NCBI GenBank assembly: GCA_028691955.1 | Contig: JAQUYH010000005.1 | Span: forward strand, 14,777 to 78,776 | Direction of reading: 5' to 3' | Length of the DNA stretch: 64,000 nt | From: Bacilli bacterium | GTDB lineage: Bacteria > Bacillota_I > Bacilli_A > RF39 > UBA660 | Shown here: positions 23,214 to 31,296 of the stretch, piece after piece | Layout of the letters: each line of letters starts with the position of its first letter | Position numbering within the stretch: the stretch's first letter is position 1 | Position numbers and translations under genes: made by a program | Notes under the pieces: generated by a model | Told to the model about the DNA's origin: nothing | Databases searched by the model: none | Seen by the model: only the letters and a program-made list of their open reading frames with translations

Positions 23214-23344
23214 AGTATTCCTTCTTTCTTTTTTATTATTTATTATTTATTATAGATGTGGAAAGTGTGTAAAAACATATTTCCCGTTTAAAATAAATAA
23301 AGTAATTGCTGTGGATAATATGTTAAAAACTTTTTTATTCCACA
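23214..23344. promoter_or_regulatory. oriC part 2 (dnaA-dnaN spacer): DnaA boxes plus AT-rich unwinding candidate
   Basis: Perfect DnaA box TGTGGATAA at 23310-23318 and near-consensus TGTGGAAAG at 23257-23265. TATTCCACA at 23336-23344 is a weaker 7/9 match. An almost pure A/T stretch, tttttattatttattatttattata (about 23230-23254), lies next to them. Confidence 0.7.
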
Positions 23345-24706
23345 TTAACTGTTAATTCTAGCTACAATTTTATTTATTTCCATCTCAAGTTGTGGACTTA
23401 ATTTTACCTCTTTTTTTATTTTGTCAACAGAATGCATTACTGTTGTATGATCTTTTCCACCAAACTCTAATCCTATTTTAGGTAAAGTCTCTCCAAGAAC
23501 GACTCTACATATATACATAGCAATTTGTCTTGGCACCGCAATTTTAGCATTTCTTTTCTTGGATTTCATATCTTCCACTGATACATTATAATTAGCAGCA
23601 ACTAACTGCTCTACTTGTTCCATTTTAGTTTTAGCAATTATACTTTTAGTAAAAAAGTCTTTAAGTGCTTCCGTAACAACGTCCAGATCAATCTTATTTT
23701 GTCCCATAATGGTTGTAAATGCAACTACCCTGTTTATTGCTCCTTCAATTTTTCTAATATGTTCAGTACAAATACTAGCAATATATTCTTTAGCTTCATT
23801 TGTAAAATCACTATTTGGAAATTTGTCTTTAATTTTTTTATCAACAATAGCTAGTCTTAATTCAAAATCAGGAGGCATTATATCAACAGTAATTCCCCAG
23901 TTAAATCTTGTTCTGAGTCTCTCTTCCAATTTCTTTAAATCATCCGGAGATCTATCAGAAGTTATGACCATTTGTTTATTATTTGCATGTAATTCATTAA
24001 AAGTATTAAAAAATTCTTGTTGTGTCTTTGCTGCTATCTCTAGATATTGAATATCATCAATCATTAAAACATCAACAGAGCGATACTTATTTTTAAAATT
24101 ATCGACATTTTCAAAATTATTTTCCTCTTTATTCTTCTTATATAAATCAATAAAGTCATTAACAAATTGTTCACAAGTTACATATAATACTTTTTTATTT
24201 GAGTTTTCCACAATATAATTGCCAATCGCATGCATTAAATGCGTTTTACCTAGTCCACTTCTAGCATAAATAAAAAGGGGATTATACATTTTACCAGGTT
24301 GTTCAGCTATAGCTAAAGCCGTAGCTCGTGCAAATTTATTAGACTTTCCAACAATAAATGTACTAAAATTATAATCTGGAATCAAGTTTGAATTAAAATT
24401 ATTTTGAGCACTGACAGGAACGCCAATATCATCAGTATCAATTTTAACATTAGTAATAACTTCTTCTTCTAAAAGGTATTCAATTTTGAAATTAGAACCC
24501 GTTATTTCATTAAAAGTTTCCTCAACCATTTCGTTATAATTTTCTTTTAGATGTTTTTTATGTAGTACATCTGGAACTAATATTTTAATAGTATTTTCAT
24601 CAATTTCAATTAACCTAGCCTCTTTAAACCATGTTTCAAAAGTAATTTCAGAAAGATTTTTCTGCGTAATCTCTAAAAAATGGTTCCAAAGTACCTCTAT
24701 TTCCAT
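23345..24706 (-). CDS. dnaA: chromosomal replication initiator DnaA
   Basis: GLGKTHLMHAIGN Walker A, LMIDDIQYL, and the C-terminal DNA-binding block GGKDHTTVMHS. AGGTGA RBS before the ATG at 24706. Confidence 0.97.
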   Translation of the reverse strand: MEIEVLWNHFLEITQKNLSEITFETWFKEARLIEIDENTIKILVPDVLHKKHLKENYNEMVEETFNEITGSNFKIEYLLEEEVITNVKIDTDDIGVPVSAQNNFNSNLIPDYNFSTFIVGKSNKFARATALAIAEQPGKMYNPLFIYARSGLGKTHLMHAIGNYIVENSNKKVLYVTCEQFVNDFIDLYKKNKEENNFENVDNFKNKYRSVDVLMIDDIQYLEIAAKTQQEFFNTFNELHANNKQMVITSDRSPDDLKKLEERLRTRFNWGITVDIMPPDFELRLAIVDKKIKDKFPNSDFTNEAKEYIASICTEHIRKIEGAINRVVAFTTIMGQNKIDLDVVTEALKDFFTKSIIAKTKMEQVEQLVAANYNVSVEDMKSKKRNAKIAVPRQIAMYICRVVLGETLPKIGLEFGGKDHTTVMHSVDKIKKEVKLSPQLEMEINKIVARINS

Positions 24707-24770
24707 ATAATCACCTACAATCCTCACCAATTACCTCTATTTTACAATAAAAGCCAAAATAAATAAATAG

Positions 24771-24946
24771 TTTTCCACCATAAAATTATTTTTGTTTAAA
24801 ATATTTCAAACAAAGATAAAAATTATTAATTAACTTTAAATGTGGAAAAGTTTCAACACAAATCAATGTTTGTGTTAAAAGAAATACACATCATATGTAT
24901 AAAAGTAAATATTCCTTTATTTTATAAGAATAAATTCTGTGGAAAT
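24771..24946. promoter_or_regulatory. oriC part 1 (dnaA upstream): DnaA-box cluster
   Basis: TTTTCCACC at 24771-24779, TGTGGAAAA at 24841-24849 and TGTGGAAAT at 24938-24946. Each is within 1-2 mismatches of TTATCCACA or its complement. They sit in the divergent rpmH-dnaA spacer. Confidence 0.6.
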
Positions 24947-24963
24947 AAAAGTGAAAAAAATAA

Positions 24964-24992
24964 TTGACAAAATACTTATATACATATATAAT
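24964..24992 (+). promoter_or_regulatory. consensus sigma-A promoter for rpmH-rnpA
   Basis: TTGACA (24964-24969), exactly 17 nt of spacer, then TATAAT (24987-24992). Confidence 0.75.
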
Positions 24993-25032
24993 GTTAAAAG
25001 CACATGGGGAAATAGGCTCAGGAGGTGGAAAA

Positions 25033-25155
25033 ATGAAAAGAACATTTCAACCAAATAATAGGAGAAGATCTAAGAAACAAGGTTTCTTTGCTCGTATGAA
25101 AACAAAAATAATAAATAGTCGTCGTAAAAAAGGACGTAAAGTTTTATCACATTAA
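25033..25155 (+). CDS. rpmH: 50S ribosomal protein L34
   Basis: [22 protein letters not shown]...[11 protein letters not shown], with a GGAGGTGG RBS upstream. At 40 aa it is a few residues shorter than the 44-aa Bacillus L34. Confidence 0.92.
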   Translation: MKRTFQPNNRRRSKKQGFFARMKTKIINSRRKKGRKVLSH

Positions 25156-25159
25156 TTAG

Positions 25160-25184
25160 CCACTGATTAAATCAGTGGTTTTTA
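25160..25184 (+). terminator. intrinsic terminator/attenuator after rpmH
   Basis: Hairpin CCACTGAT-taa-ATCAGTGG followed by TTTTT. Confidence 0.7.
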
Positions 25185-25246
25185 ATATTTATTTTTATAT
25201 TAATTATTATTAAAAAATATTATATAATATATAAGGATGGTGAAAT

Positions 25247-25597
25247 ATGAAAAAAACAAACATTTTGAAAGAAAATAAAGATTTTAAAAGAATAATGAAT
25301 TTGAATAATTGCTATAAAAACAAATATTATCTCATATTTATAGAAAAAAATGAGGTTATTGTTAACCATCATTTTGGAATATCAGTAAGCAAAAAATTAG
25401 GTAACGCCGTAGTAAGAAATAAGTTAAAACGACAAATTAAATCTATAATTGATGAAAAAACCTATCAAAATAACTTTAATTGTATTATAATATTAAGGAA
25501 AGACATATTAAACGCAAGTTTTGAAGAAAAAAAAGAAAACTTATATAATTTGTTGATGAAGGTGAATATAATAAAAGGAGATAAAAATGAAGAATAA
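25247..25597 (+). CDS. rnpA: ribonuclease P protein component
   Basis: 116 aa and basic, with an FGISVSKKLGNAVVRNKLKRQIK block. It lies downstream of rpmH. Confidence 0.9.
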   Translation: MKKTNILKENKDFKRIMNLNNCYKNKYYLIFIEKNEVIVNHHFGISVSKKLGNAVVRNKLKRQIKSIIDEKTYQNNFNCIIILRKDILNASFEEKKENLYNLLMKVNIIKGDKNEE

Positions 25598-26597
25598 CAT
25601 CAAAAAAATTACCATCTTTTTATTGTTAATATTTTTAACTACAGGATGTACAACTCAATTAAAAAATGTAGACAATGAACTTGTAAAAAATGAAACAACA
25701 GGGCAGACATTAGTAAAAAATATATTATGTCAGCCGGAAAGTGAAGAAACCATTCAAAAATACAATGAGACATTAGAATCGGCTAAAGTGAAATTACAAG
25801 AAGAACTAGATAATAATGAAATTACTCAAATAGAATATAATCAAAAATCAGATAATTTAGTTGATATTTCATCACTTCCAAAATGTAGTGAGTTTAATCT
25901 AACTGATGGAGGATATGAGGGATTATGGATGACCATATTCGTAAAACCATTAGCGTGGCTTATATTAAAAGTAGGAGAGCTTGTAGGAAATTATGGCTTA
26001 TCAATACTAATTATAACTTTACTTATTAGATTATGCTTATTTCCAATAACTCAAAAAACAGCGAAACAATCTGAACAAATGAAGTTAGCAAAGCCTGAGC
26101 TAGATAAAATAGAAAAAAAATATACCGGAAAAACAGACCAACAAAGTGTAATGGCCAAAAGCCAAGAGACAATGCTAGTATATAAGAATTTTAAAATTAA
26201 TCCAGTATCAGGATGTATATTTGCAGTAATACAAATTCCATTATTTTTTGCTTTTTATGAAGCATTAAATAGACTTCCAGCCATATTTGAGGAAAGATTT
26301 TTAGGAATACAACTTGGAACAACAGCTTTAACAGGAATTACATCAGGAAAATATTATTATATAATCATTGTTATTCTAGTAATAGCCGCAACATATTTCT
26401 CAATGAAATTAAATAAAACAGCAACAATAGATTCAGAGCAAGCTAAAACAATGAAAATGATGACAAACATAATGATTATAATGATCTCAATAGCTTCATT
26501 TACAATATCAACAGGTATAACTCTTTACTGGATAATGAACAACTTATTTACTATAGTTCAAAATTTAATAGTAAAAAGGAGGAAAGAAAATGCTTAA
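25587..26597 (+). CDS. yidC: membrane protein insertase YidC/SpoIIIJ (lipoprotein type)
   Basis: LTTGC lipobox, a 60-kDa-IMP core (LIRLCLFPITQKTAKQSEQMKLAKPELDKI) and multiple TM segments. Confidence 0.9.
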   Translation: MKNNIKKITIFLLLIFLTTGCTTQLKNVDNELVKNETTGQTLVKNILCQPESEETIQKYNETLESAKVKLQEELDNNEITQIEYNQKSDNLVDISSLPKCSEFNLTDGGYEGLWMTIFVKPLAWLILKVGELVGNYGLSILIITLLIRLCLFPITQKTAKQSEQMKLAKPELDKIEKKYTGKTDQQSVMAKSQETMLVYKNFKINPVSGCIFAVIQIPLFFAFYEALNRLPAIFEERFLGIQLGTTALTGITSGKYYYIIIVILVIAATYFSMKLNKTATIDSEQAKTMKMMTNIMIIMISIASFTISTGITLYWIMNNLFTIVQNLIVKRRKENA

Positions 26598-27207
26598 AAC
26601 ATATAAATATGAAGGAAAAAATGCTGGTGAGTGTTTAAACAAGTGCTTAGATGAATTAAAAGTAACAGAAGAAGATATAACCTTTTTAGAAAATGTTACT
26701 GAGGCTAAGTTATTTAAAGCCAGAAAAACAGAAATAGATGTAGTCCTAAAGCAAGACATTAAATCCGCAATAAAAGAATTTTTGAAAGAAATCTGTAAAA
26801 AAATGAATATAGAAGCCAACTTTGAAATAACAGAAAAAGAATCAGGCTATAATATTATAATTATTTCTGAAAGTGATAATAGTATCTTGATAGGTAAAGA
26901 CGGAAGAACATTAAATGCTTTGCAACTATTATTAAAACAATACATAAATAATGGAAACAAATTTAATATAAGAGTTAATGTTGACGTTTCAAATTACAAA
27001 TCAAGAAAAATGAAGAATATTGAATACGAAGTAAAACGAGCAGCAAAAGAAGTAATCAGCACGAAAATAGAAGTAAAATTAGATCCTATGAACTCATATG
27101 AAAGAAGATTGGTTCATACAATAATAGGCGAATTTCCAGAACTTGAAACAGAAAGTTATGGAGAGGGATTAGAAAGACATGTCGTTATAAGATACAAGAA
27201 GGGTTAA
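26590..27207 (+). CDS. jag: RNA-binding protein Jag/KhpB (KH + R3H domains)
   Basis: IGKDGRTLNALQ KH block and C-terminal R3H (MNSYERRLVHTIIGEFPELETES.GEG..R.VVI). Confidence 0.9.
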   Translation: MLKTYKYEGKNAGECLNKCLDELKVTEEDITFLENVTEAKLFKARKTEIDVVLKQDIKSAIKEFLKEICKKMNIEANFEITEKESGYNIIIISESDNSILIGKDGRTLNALQLLLKQYINNGNKFNIRVNVDVSNYKSRKMKNIEYEVKRAAKEVISTKIEVKLDPMNSYERRLVHTIIGEFPELETESYGEGLERHVVIRYKKG

Positions 27208-27273
27208 TCCTTTCTTTTTTATTGACTAATTATATAAAAAGTTATAAAATCAATTAGACAAAGGAGGGCTAAT

Positions 27274-28617
27274 ATGGAAGACACAATAGCAGCAATATCA
27301 ACAGCTTTAGGAATAGGCGCTATTTCAATTATCAGAATTAGTGGAGAAGAAGCATTATCAATAGTAAATAAAGTATTCTCAGGTAAAGATTTAACGAAAG
27401 TTCCAACACATACTATTCACTATGGTTTTATTATAGATAAAAAAGAAAAAATAGATGAAGTATTAGTCAGTGTTATGAAATCTCCTAAAACATTTACAAA
27501 AGAAAATATAGTAGAAATTAATTGCCATGGAGGTATAGCTGCAACAAATAAAGTGTTAGAATTACTAATTTTAAATGGATGCAGATTAGCCGAACCAGGA
27601 GAATTTACAAAAAGAGCTTTTTTAAATGGAAGAATTGATTTAATAGAATCATCTGCCATAATGGATTTAATTGAAGCAAAGACAGAATTGGCAAGAAAAC
27701 TATCAATCAATAATTTAATTGGTAACGTATCAAATATGATAAAAGAAATAAGAAAAAATATATTAAGTCTTTTAGCTAATATAGAAGTAAATATAGATTA
27801 TCCAGAATATGAAGATATAGAAGAAATTACAGTAGAAAAAATAAAAAAAGAACTTCCTAATATAAAAAAAAGACTAGAACAAGTAGTAAAAGAAAGTGCT
27901 TCCGGGAAAATTATAAAAGAAGGCATAAACACAATAATATTAGGTAAGCCCAATGTTGGTAAAAGTAGCTTGCTTAATTGTCTATTAAATGAAGAAAAAG
28001 CCATAGTTACAGATATTGCTGGAACAACAAGAGATGTTGTAGAAGGAATAGTAAATATTGATGGAATATTACTTAAAATCAGCGACACTGCTGGAATTAG
28101 GAAGACCCAAAATAAAATAGAAAAAATAGGTGTAGAAAAAAGTTTAAGCTTAATAGAAAAAGCCGATTTAATCCTTTTTGTCTTAAATAATAATGAGACA
28201 TTAACTGAAGAAGATAAAGATATTTTAAAAAGAATTAAAAATAAAAGACATATTATAATCATTAATAAAATAGACTTAGAGTCAAAACTTGAACTAGAGG
28301 AAGAAAACATAATAAGAATAAGCGCAAAAGAAAATATTAACATTACACTATTAAAAGAAAAAATAAAAGAACTTTTTAACTTAAATAAAATAGAAACAAA
28401 GGATTTAAATTATTTAACAAATGCCGAATCTTTAGCTAAAGTTAAAAAATGTATTAACAAAATAGAAGAAATAGAAGAAAAGATAGATTCAACATTAATA
28501 GATATGTTAGAAATAGACCTAAAAGAAATTTGGAACTTACTAGGTGAAGTGACAGGTGAAATATATCAAGAAGAACTAATTGATAATCTATTTAAACAAT
28601 TTTGTTTAGGAAAATAG
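27274..28617 (+). CDS. mnmE: tRNA modification GTPase MnmE
   Basis: DTIAAISTALG..AISIIRISG, GKPNVGKSSLLN and DTAGIR motifs, with the C-terminal FCLGK. Confidence 0.95.
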   Translation: MEDTIAAISTALGIGAISIIRISGEEALSIVNKVFSGKDLTKVPTHTIHYGFIIDKKEKIDEVLVSVMKSPKTFTKENIVEINCHGGIAATNKVLELLILNGCRLAEPGEFTKRAFLNGRIDLIESSAIMDLIEAKTELARKLSINNLIGNVSNMIKEIRKNILSLLANIEVNIDYPEYEDIEEITVEKIKKELPNIKKRLEQVVKESASGKIIKEGINTIILGKPNVGKSSLLNCLLNEEKAIVTDIAGTTRDVVEGIVNIDGILLKISDTAGIRKTQNKIEKIGVEKSLSLIEKADLILFVLNNNETLTEEDKDILKRIKNKRHIIIINKIDLESKLELEEENIIRISAKENINITLLKEKIKELFNLNKIETKDLNYLTNAESLAKVKKCINKIEEIEEKIDSTLIDMLEIDLKEIWNLLGEVTGEIYQEELIDNLFKQFCLGK

Positions 28618-28625
28618 GTGAAAAA

Positions 28626-30494
28626 ATGAAAGAATATGAAGTTATAGTAGTTGGAGGTGGACATGCAGGCTGTGAGGCAGCGTTAGCAACAGCAAGAAAA
28701 GGGCATAAAACACTACTTGTAACAGGAAGTATAAAGAATATTGCAACAATGCCTTGCAATCCATCAATTGGAGGATCAGCTAAAGGTATTGTTGTTAGGG
28801 AAATAGATGTTTTAGGTGGAGAAATGGGAAATAATACCGATAAAACCCATATTCAAATAAAAATGTTAAATAATAAAAAGGGTCCTGCTGTTCAAGCCCT
28901 TAGAGCACAAGCTGATAAAACAACTTATCCACAGGAAATGTGGAAAACTTTACAAAATACTCTAAATTTAGAAACTATTGAAGGGATGGTAGAAGATTTA
29001 ATAGTAGAAGAAAATACAATTAGAGGTGTAATTTTATCTGATAATACTGAGATCAGAAGTCAAATTGTCATTCTAACAACAGGAACATATATGAAAGCAG
29101 ATATTCTTGTGGGAAGCTCTAGAACTAGAAGTGGTCCACACGGAGAAGCACCGAGTAACTATTTAAGTGATAATTTAGCAAAATTAGGATTTAGAATAAT
29201 AAGGTTAAAAACAGGAACTCCTCAAAGAATAGATAAAGAAAGTATTGATTTTTCTAAGACTAAAGAAGAATATGGAGATAATAAATACTATACATTTAGC
29301 TTTGATAATGAACCAATGTATAAAATAGAGGATCAAGTTCCGTGTTACTTAATCTACACCACACCACTAACGCATGAAATAATAAGAAAAAATCTACATA
29401 AAGCAAGTATATATGGGGGCTTAGATGATATTACTGGTGTTGGGCCAAGATATTGTCCTTCAATAGAAGATAAAATAGTTAGATTTAGTGACAAAGAAAG
29501 ACATCAACTATTTATAGAGCCAGAAAGTTTATATTATAATGAAATGTATTTACAAGGTTTTTCAACAAGCATGCCTCATGAAGTACAAGATGAAATGGTT
29601 CATAGCTTACCAGGATTAGAAAATGCCAAAATACTTAAATATGCATATGCTATAGAATATGATGCTATTTATCCAACTCAATTAAAAAACACTCTAGAAA
29701 CAAAGATAATCAAAAATCTATATACTGCTGGTCAAATCAATGGTACTAGCGGTTATGAAGAAGCAGCTTGTCAAGGATTAATGGCTGGAATCAATGCAGC
29801 ATTAAATTTAGAAAAAAAAGAACCATTAGTTCTAAGAAGAGATGAAGCATATATTGGTGTTTTGATAGATGATCTAGTAACAAAGGGGGTAAGAGATCCC
29901 TATAGATTACTAACGTCACGTGCAGAATATCGTTTATTATTAAGACATGATAATGCAGATCTTAGATTAAAAGAATATGGATATAAAGTTGGATTAATAA
30001 GTAATGAAAGATATCAAAAGTTTTTGACAAAAAAGCAAAAAATAGAAAAATTAGAAACAAATTTAAAAAGTTACAGGCTAACCCCTAGCAGACAAGTTAA
30101 TAACTTTTTAAGCCAAATTAATACTAATGAAATAACAGATATAACAACTTTATATGATCTACTAAAAAGACAAGAAATAAGAATACTCGATTTTAAAAAT
30201 TTAATAGATATAGATTACCCAGAAGATGTCATCGAAGAAGTAGAAATAATGAGCAAATATGAAGGTTACATTAAGAAGGAATTGAAAGAAGCTGAAAAGA
30301 TGAGAAGCTTAGAAAACAAACAAATACCAGATGATATTGATTACAAAAAAGTGCAAAACTTAGCAAGTGAGGCCAAACAAAAACTATCTGAAGTTAGACC
30401 AACTTCAATTGGGCAAGCAATAAGAATAAGTGGCGTAAATCCTAGTGATATATCAATATTATCAATATATCTAAAAAGGGAGTATCATGGATAA
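28626..30494 (+). CDS. mnmG: tRNA uridine 5-carboxymethylaminomethyl modification enzyme MnmG
   Basis: YEVIVVGGGHAGCEAALA, MPCNPSIGG and GPRYCPSIEDK motifs. AGGTGA RBS before the ATG at 28626. Confidence 0.95.
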   Translation: MKEYEVIVVGGGHAGCEAALATARKGHKTLLVTGSIKNIATMPCNPSIGGSAKGIVVREIDVLGGEMGNNTDKTHIQIKMLNNKKGPAVQALRAQADKTTYPQEMWKTLQNTLNLETIEGMVEDLIVEENTIRGVILSDNTEIRSQIVILTTGTYMKADILVGSSRTRSGPHGEAPSNYLSDNLAKLGFRIIRLKTGTPQRIDKESIDFSKTKEEYGDNKYYTFSFDNEPMYKIEDQVPCYLIYTTPLTHEIIRKNLHKASIYGGLDDITGVGPRYCPSIEDKIVRFSDKERHQLFIEPESLYYNEMYLQGFSTSMPHEVQDEMVHSLPGLENAKILKYAYAIEYDAIYPTQLKNTLETKIIKNLYTAGQINGTSGYEEAACQGLMAGINAALNLEKKEPLVLRRDEAYIGVLIDDLVTKGVRDPYRLLTSRAEYRLLLRHDNADLRLKEYGYKVGLISNERYQKFLTKKQKIEKLETNLKSYRLTPSRQVNNFLSQINTNEITDITTLYDLLKRQEIRILDFKNLIDIDYPEDVIEEVEIMSKYEGYIKKELKEAEKMRSLENKQIPDDIDYKKVQNLASEAKQKLSEVRPTSIGQAIRISGVNPSDISILSIYLKREYHG

Positions 30495-31188
30495 AAAAGA
30501 ATTTACAAAAGAATTATTAAAACTTGGCGTAAAAGCAACAGAAGATCAGATGAATAAGTTAGAAATATATTATAAAACTTTAGTCGAGTGGAATGAAAAA
30601 ATAAATTTAACCAATATAACAGAAGAAACCGATGTCTATCTAAAACACTTTTATGACAGCTTAACACTAATAAAAGCAGTTGATTTAAATCAAGTTCAAA
30701 ATTTTTGCGATGTAGGCACAGGTGCTGGTTTTCCAGGAGTGGTTATAAAAATATTTTTTCCAAACATAGAAGTAACTCTAGTAGATTCACTAGGAAAGAG
30801 AATTACTTTTTTAGATGAATTAGTGAAATCACTCGGTTTAAAAGGAATTAAAATTTATAATCAACGAGCTGAAGATTTCTCACAGAATAACAGAGAAGAA
30901 TACGATGTTGTTACAGCAAGAGCAGTGATGCACCTTAGAAAGCTAATAGAAATTTGTGCTCCTTTGGTAAAGGTTGGTGGATACCTTATTCCTTTAAAAG
31001 GAGGCATAGATGAACTACAAGAAAGTAAAAATGCCGTCTTAAAATTAAATCTACAATTAGAAGAAAAAATAGAATTTAATTTACCTATTGAGAAAAGTAA
31101 CCGAATAATTTATAGATTTATTAAAACAAGTATAAGTAGCAAAATATTTCCCAGAAAATATTCTGACATTCTGAAAAAGCCTTTATAA
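30487..31188 (+). CDS. rsmG: 16S rRNA (guanine527-N7)-methyltransferase
   Basis: NLT.I....VYLKHFYDSL and DVGTGAGFPG motifs. It follows mnmG. Confidence 0.92.
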   Translation: MDKKEFTKELLKLGVKATEDQMNKLEIYYKTLVEWNEKINLTNITEETDVYLKHFYDSLTLIKAVDLNQVQNFCDVGTGAGFPGVVIKIFFPNIEVTLVDSLGKRITFLDELVKSLGLKGIKIYNQRAEDFSQNNREEYDVVTARAVMHLRKLIEICAPLVKVGGYLIPLKGGIDELQESKNAVLKLNLQLEEKIEFNLPIEKSNRIIYRFIKTSISSKIFPRKYSDILKKPL

Positions 31189-31211
31189 ATAGGCTTTTTT
31201 TAAATCAAAAC

Positions 31212-31235
31212 ATATTTCCCAAAATATTTCCCAAA
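31212..31235. repeat. perfect tandem 12-mer ATATTTCCCAAA x2 (each contains the NBS half-site TATTTCCC) abutting the noc-like promoter
   Basis: Read directly. It ends 4 nt before a candidate -35 TTGCAA (31240-31245). That is followed by a 17-nt spacer and TAAAAT. Confidence 0.8.
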
Positions 31236-31296
31236 AGTATTGCAATATTGGATTAAATATAGTAAAATAATTTTTAGAATAGAAAGGGTGTTTTAG

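Noticed and set aside
25033-25155. Unusually short L34 (40 aa, about 4 residues missing mid-protein) as a pseudogene
   Set aside because: The reading frame is intact, the RBS and consensus promoter are good, and both conserved termini are present. It is most likely a lineage-specific small deletion.
27798-28343. 181-aa ORF antisense to mnmE. Similar long antisense ORFs: 22870-23355 in dnaN, 55419-55877 in the DHH gene, 58428-58781, 53052-53408, 49221-49556, 36176-36499, 190-459 in metK, and 42052-42291 in eno
   Set aside because: All lie fully inside strongly supported genes on the opposite strand. They have Ser/Phe/Leu/Ile-rich low-complexity translations typical of shadow ORFs in AT-rich DNA, and they lack RBSs.
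29917-29926. CACGTG core inside mnmG (taacgtCACGTGcagaat) as a fifth parS
   Set aside because: Only the central hexamer matches. The flanking TGTTN / NAACA arms are absent.
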